Below, piece by piece: positions 61,194-64,000 of a stretch of DNA of 64,000 nt. Below the pieces are notes generated by a model. The model saw only the letters and a list, made by a program, of their open reading frames with translations. It made no database searches and had not been told where the DNA came from. The DNA comes from Sporopachydermia quercuum. Its lineage: Eukaryota. The position numbers were made by a program, and so were the translations under genes. The stretch lies in the NCBI GenBank assembly GCA_001599295.1, contig BCGN01000001.1, positions 1,302,001 through 1,366,000 of the forward strand, read 5' to 3'. How positions within the stretch are numbered: the stretch's first letter is position 1; each line of letters starts with the position of its first letter.

Positions 61194-62788
61194 ATGACAG
61201 ATATATCATCGTATAATGAAGATATACAGTCTTTGGAAGCTGAAGGTAAGTGCTAATGGATTTTGGTATTCAATAAGATATATAGCTGTGTGGTAATTCA
61301 TACTTCAGAATTCATATATGGTACGCTTGGTTTCCATCATTGAAAAAATGGTAGACCATGTTGTTATCATCTAAGATACTTATTTTAGTTGCAATTAGTT
61401 GACAGGGCAGTTAGAAAGTTCTAACAAATCTTCCAGCATTCAAATTGCAGCAACAGCTTGATGACTTACGCTCCGAATTTGCAATCATTGATTCAAGCAA
61501 ATCTTTGAACTCAGTCATCTTAGAAGAAATTGTTGCTGCTGATGAAGTGAATACAACTCCGAAGAAAAAAAGAAGATTGAAATCAAATTGGAGTTCAACC
61601 GCAATTTCTCCTAGAAATAGTACGACAAATGTATCAAATAGAGAAGAGTTCGAAGTTCCTCGCGAGTTGCTTTCAAGGCTGTTTACCAAGCTGGATAAAG
61701 ATCTATACACATATTCAGATAAAACTCGTTTGAGTAATAAAGTGGCAGGAGAACTAAGTGAATTGAACAACATGGTTGAAAAGGTTCAATTAGAGAACTT
61801 TTACAGATTTACGGGAATTACTTGTTTCAAGATTGAAGACTTCAATGATACAGATGATGAGCAAGATGAGGATAATGATAACAATCCAGACGATAATACC
61901 AATAAGATTATACAAGAATTGTCGGTGATAAACAAAGAATCAACGACAGCTTTAGCAGGGAATGAGACCGAAAAACAAGGTAAAGAGAGCAATGATGGCC
62001 CTATTGAGCTAAGCTGGACAGATAAAAATCAGCAGAAGAGTAGTGATATGCATTATGAAACAGCTTCCGATAATCAGTCAAAAAATGCTAACGATGATAA
62101 ATTCCTTGGTATCAGAATAGAAACATTTGCTAAGGCACAATTTGGCAGTCCTCACTACATTGTATTGAAAAGAGACAACAAAACTAATGATTGGAGCTTA
62201 TTTAAATATACATTACCATCATTTATTCCTACACAGCAATTAGCTGATAAGTATCTCCCTACAGATATCGAGGTATGTGTATAAATTTGAGCCTGGAATT
62301 AAGCATTTTGCCCTAAGCTACTAACCATATCATGTACATAGCTCTTTGCCCGTCAGGTAAGAACTCAGCTCGTTCTTTATATGGAAAAGCTAAGGATAGT
62401 CAATATGCTTGATCCAAAAACGTACAATCAAGAGATAGAGATTTCTGGTAACCCAGATGAAGACACTGATTTGGTAGGATCAGTAGAAGTCAATAAAATG
62501 GAGTTTCCTAATGGTTTAGCATTAATCCAAAGATGTAATAGCGATTTGGCTGCCAAAATGATTGACATAGTTTTTAAAGATGGTCTAACAGCAAAGCTGA
62601 AGGTCACATCAATGGAGGTCATTGATGTTATGATCAGTGTTAAAATGTCTGTTTCAAATGATGCAAGAATGTCTAATGATGCGCAATTAGATACTAAAGT
62701 ACAGCAGTTGAGATTGATCCTTCAAGGATCGATAACAGGTTTACCAGCACGTCTGGAAGCATACGCACGGTCGTTGAAATTTAGATGA
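61194..62788 (+). CDS. MCM21: Inner kinetochore COMA subunit CENP-O/Mcm21 (3 exons: 61194-61245, 61437-62272, 62342-62788)
   Basis: ENFYRFTGITCF, FLGIRIETF, PHYIVLKR, LFKYTLPSFIP...LADKYL and, after splicing, LFARQVRTQL (CENP-O RWD motifs). Introns GTAAGT...TTCTAAC...CAG and GTATGT...TACTAAC...TAG. Confidence 0.8.
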
Positions 62789-62814
62789 TCTGAAGCAAGA
62801 AAATAAGGACAACA

Positions 62815-63618
62815 TTAGACATCAATTGGAAGCCATATATGCAGTATGGAATTCATGAAATAACCGCAAGAAAGTCCTGCTACTTTTTCAAAAAAAGTAT
62901 GATAAAATAATGATGTGATTATGAATGATAACCACCAGATAACAATAAAGAATGCAATAAAGCAACTACACCAATGTAATTTGGCTGCTTTGATAAACGA
63001 TCCAAACCCATTCGATATCGTATCTTGTCTTGTCAAAGGCAAATGTTCACTCAGACTAGAAGCATACTGGAAGTGCTCGAAAAATAGCATGAGTGTCATT
63101 TGAGATAGTATGAAACTATGACCTGAGAAATTAAATCCAGAGTTCCAGGATCCTCCTGATTTTCTGCAGCCAGCTGGAATTGTAGTATCAAGCTTCTTTG
63201 AGATTGCTAATTGTTCACTGTTAACGATGCAATGACCCCCTGACGAAACTGATATTCTATTTTGTATGGATGGACCAAAAAACCATACTATGAAAAAGAT
63301 AAACCATATTGTTTGAATAGCATATCTTATGGCAAATCTTACAAAATGACTTCTAACTTTGAACAGCGATCTACGATTTTCGTATGTTAGAAAATGGCTG
63401 TGAATCCAAATCTGATTAAGTATAAGTGCTAGTGTAGTCCAGTACCAACAATATGTTCCAAAAACTTCGTTGATGAAGTTACTTTTGACATATGGTTCTG
63501 TGGCTAACACACGGACTCGAAAAACTGTTCGAATAAACCAGCCAAGAACAAGGATCACTGGAAAAGACCAAATAACAATGGTTTTCAAGTTGGAGTACGT
63601 TTTATTAGAAATTAACAT
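62815..63618 (-). CDS. FIT-family (Scs3/Yft2/FITM2) ER acyl-CoA diphosphatase
   Basis: Multi-TM; KSNFINEVF, CRKSGGSWNSGFNFSGHSFIL and ITSLFYHTFFEK carry the two catalytic His motifs of FIT proteins. Confidence 0.85.
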   Translation of the reverse strand: MLISNKTYSNLKTIVIWSFPVILVLGWFIRTVFRVRVLATEPYVKSNFINEVFGTYCWYWTTLALILNQIWIHSHFLTYENRRSLFKVRSHFVRFAIRYAIQTIWFIFFIVWFFGPSIQNRISVSSGGHCIVNSEQLAISKKLDTTIPAGCRKSGGSWNSGFNFSGHSFILSQMTLMLFFEHFQYASSLSEHLPLTRQDTISNGFGSFIKAAKLHWCSCFIAFFIVIWWLSFIITSLFYHTFFEKVAGLSCGYFMNSILHIWLPIDV

Positions 63619-64000
63619 TGAATGTCCCCTATTGTATGGTATGCCTATACATTAAGTTGTGATTTATTACAATTCCTAGCACCTTCCTTTAAGCTGTGTG
63701 AGCCAGCTGCTTTTTCGTTTCTATACAATCAACTGAGATATTCCAATATTCATCTAGTTAATTGCTTCTTATTACAGCTTGCTAAATGGCCATTTTCCTT
63801 TAGATGGTTACCCACAATTAGCCAGTTCACTACATTGAGGACTTGTTTACACGCTATATCTACTGGAGCACGAATTGAGTAGGGATAGCATAAACAAGAT
63901 TACATCTCACTTCAAAATGAGGATCACGTGATAAGGGATTATTTGCCATTCACTATTATTTCATAACTTCACGTGATATGGCGAATACGAACTAAAACCG

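Noticed and set aside
61381..61388. Alternative TTTAG acceptor for MCM21 intron 1
   Set aside because: It leads to an in-frame TGA after four codons; the CAG at 61436 with a TTCTAAC branch restores the frame.
340..63882. Numerous short ORFs antisense to or overlapping real genes (e.g. 340-627, 11854-12378, 20999-21490, 36313-36702) and hydrophobic intergenic ORFs
   Set aside because: They are shadow frames of conserved CDSs or low-complexity AT-rich sequence, often with non-ATG starts and no recognisable family.
63924..63976. Paired TCACGTGA motifs (CDEI-like) suggesting a point centromere
   Set aside because: No long extremely AT-rich CDEII or CDEIII is visible. Identical E-boxes recur in several promoters here, so these are more likely ordinary Cbf1-type sites.

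Overview
This is a gene-dense, AT-rich stretch of eukaryotic (fungal) nuclear DNA, most consistent with an intron-rich, early-diverging Saccharomycotina yeast. Supporting signs are GTATGT/GTAAGT donors, CTAAC/CTAAT branch points close to the acceptor, CTG read as Leu at conserved KAR2 positions, and retention of a respiratory Complex I subunit and an NRDE2-like gene. About 25 conserved protein-coding genes can be reconstructed, 11 of them with introns that the ORF track misses: YME1 (partial), BRN1, CCL1, ATP1, COX13, CDC55, COX4, a D-2-hydroxyacid dehydrogenase, NDUFV2, CCT8, VPS53, PML1, DBP4, CTK2, BET4, MAD2, KAR2, TAD2, SNX4, RTT107, GND1, an F-BAR/RhoGAP, SVP26, NRDE2-like, MCM21/CENP-O and a FIT-family gene. 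I could not support any tRNA, rRNA, transposon or CRISPR feature. The top finding is in GND1: its 1,435-nt first intron hides an alternative ATG-bearing first exon with its own GTATGT donor, in the correct phase, encoding a perfect PTS2 (RVSSVLRHL). This predicts a cytosolic/peroxisomal pair of 6-phosphogluconate dehydrogenase isoforms, probably driven by an intronic promoter. The second finding is that the COX4 start codon exists only after splicing (A|intron|TG). All gene names come from manual recognition of protein sequence, not database searches.
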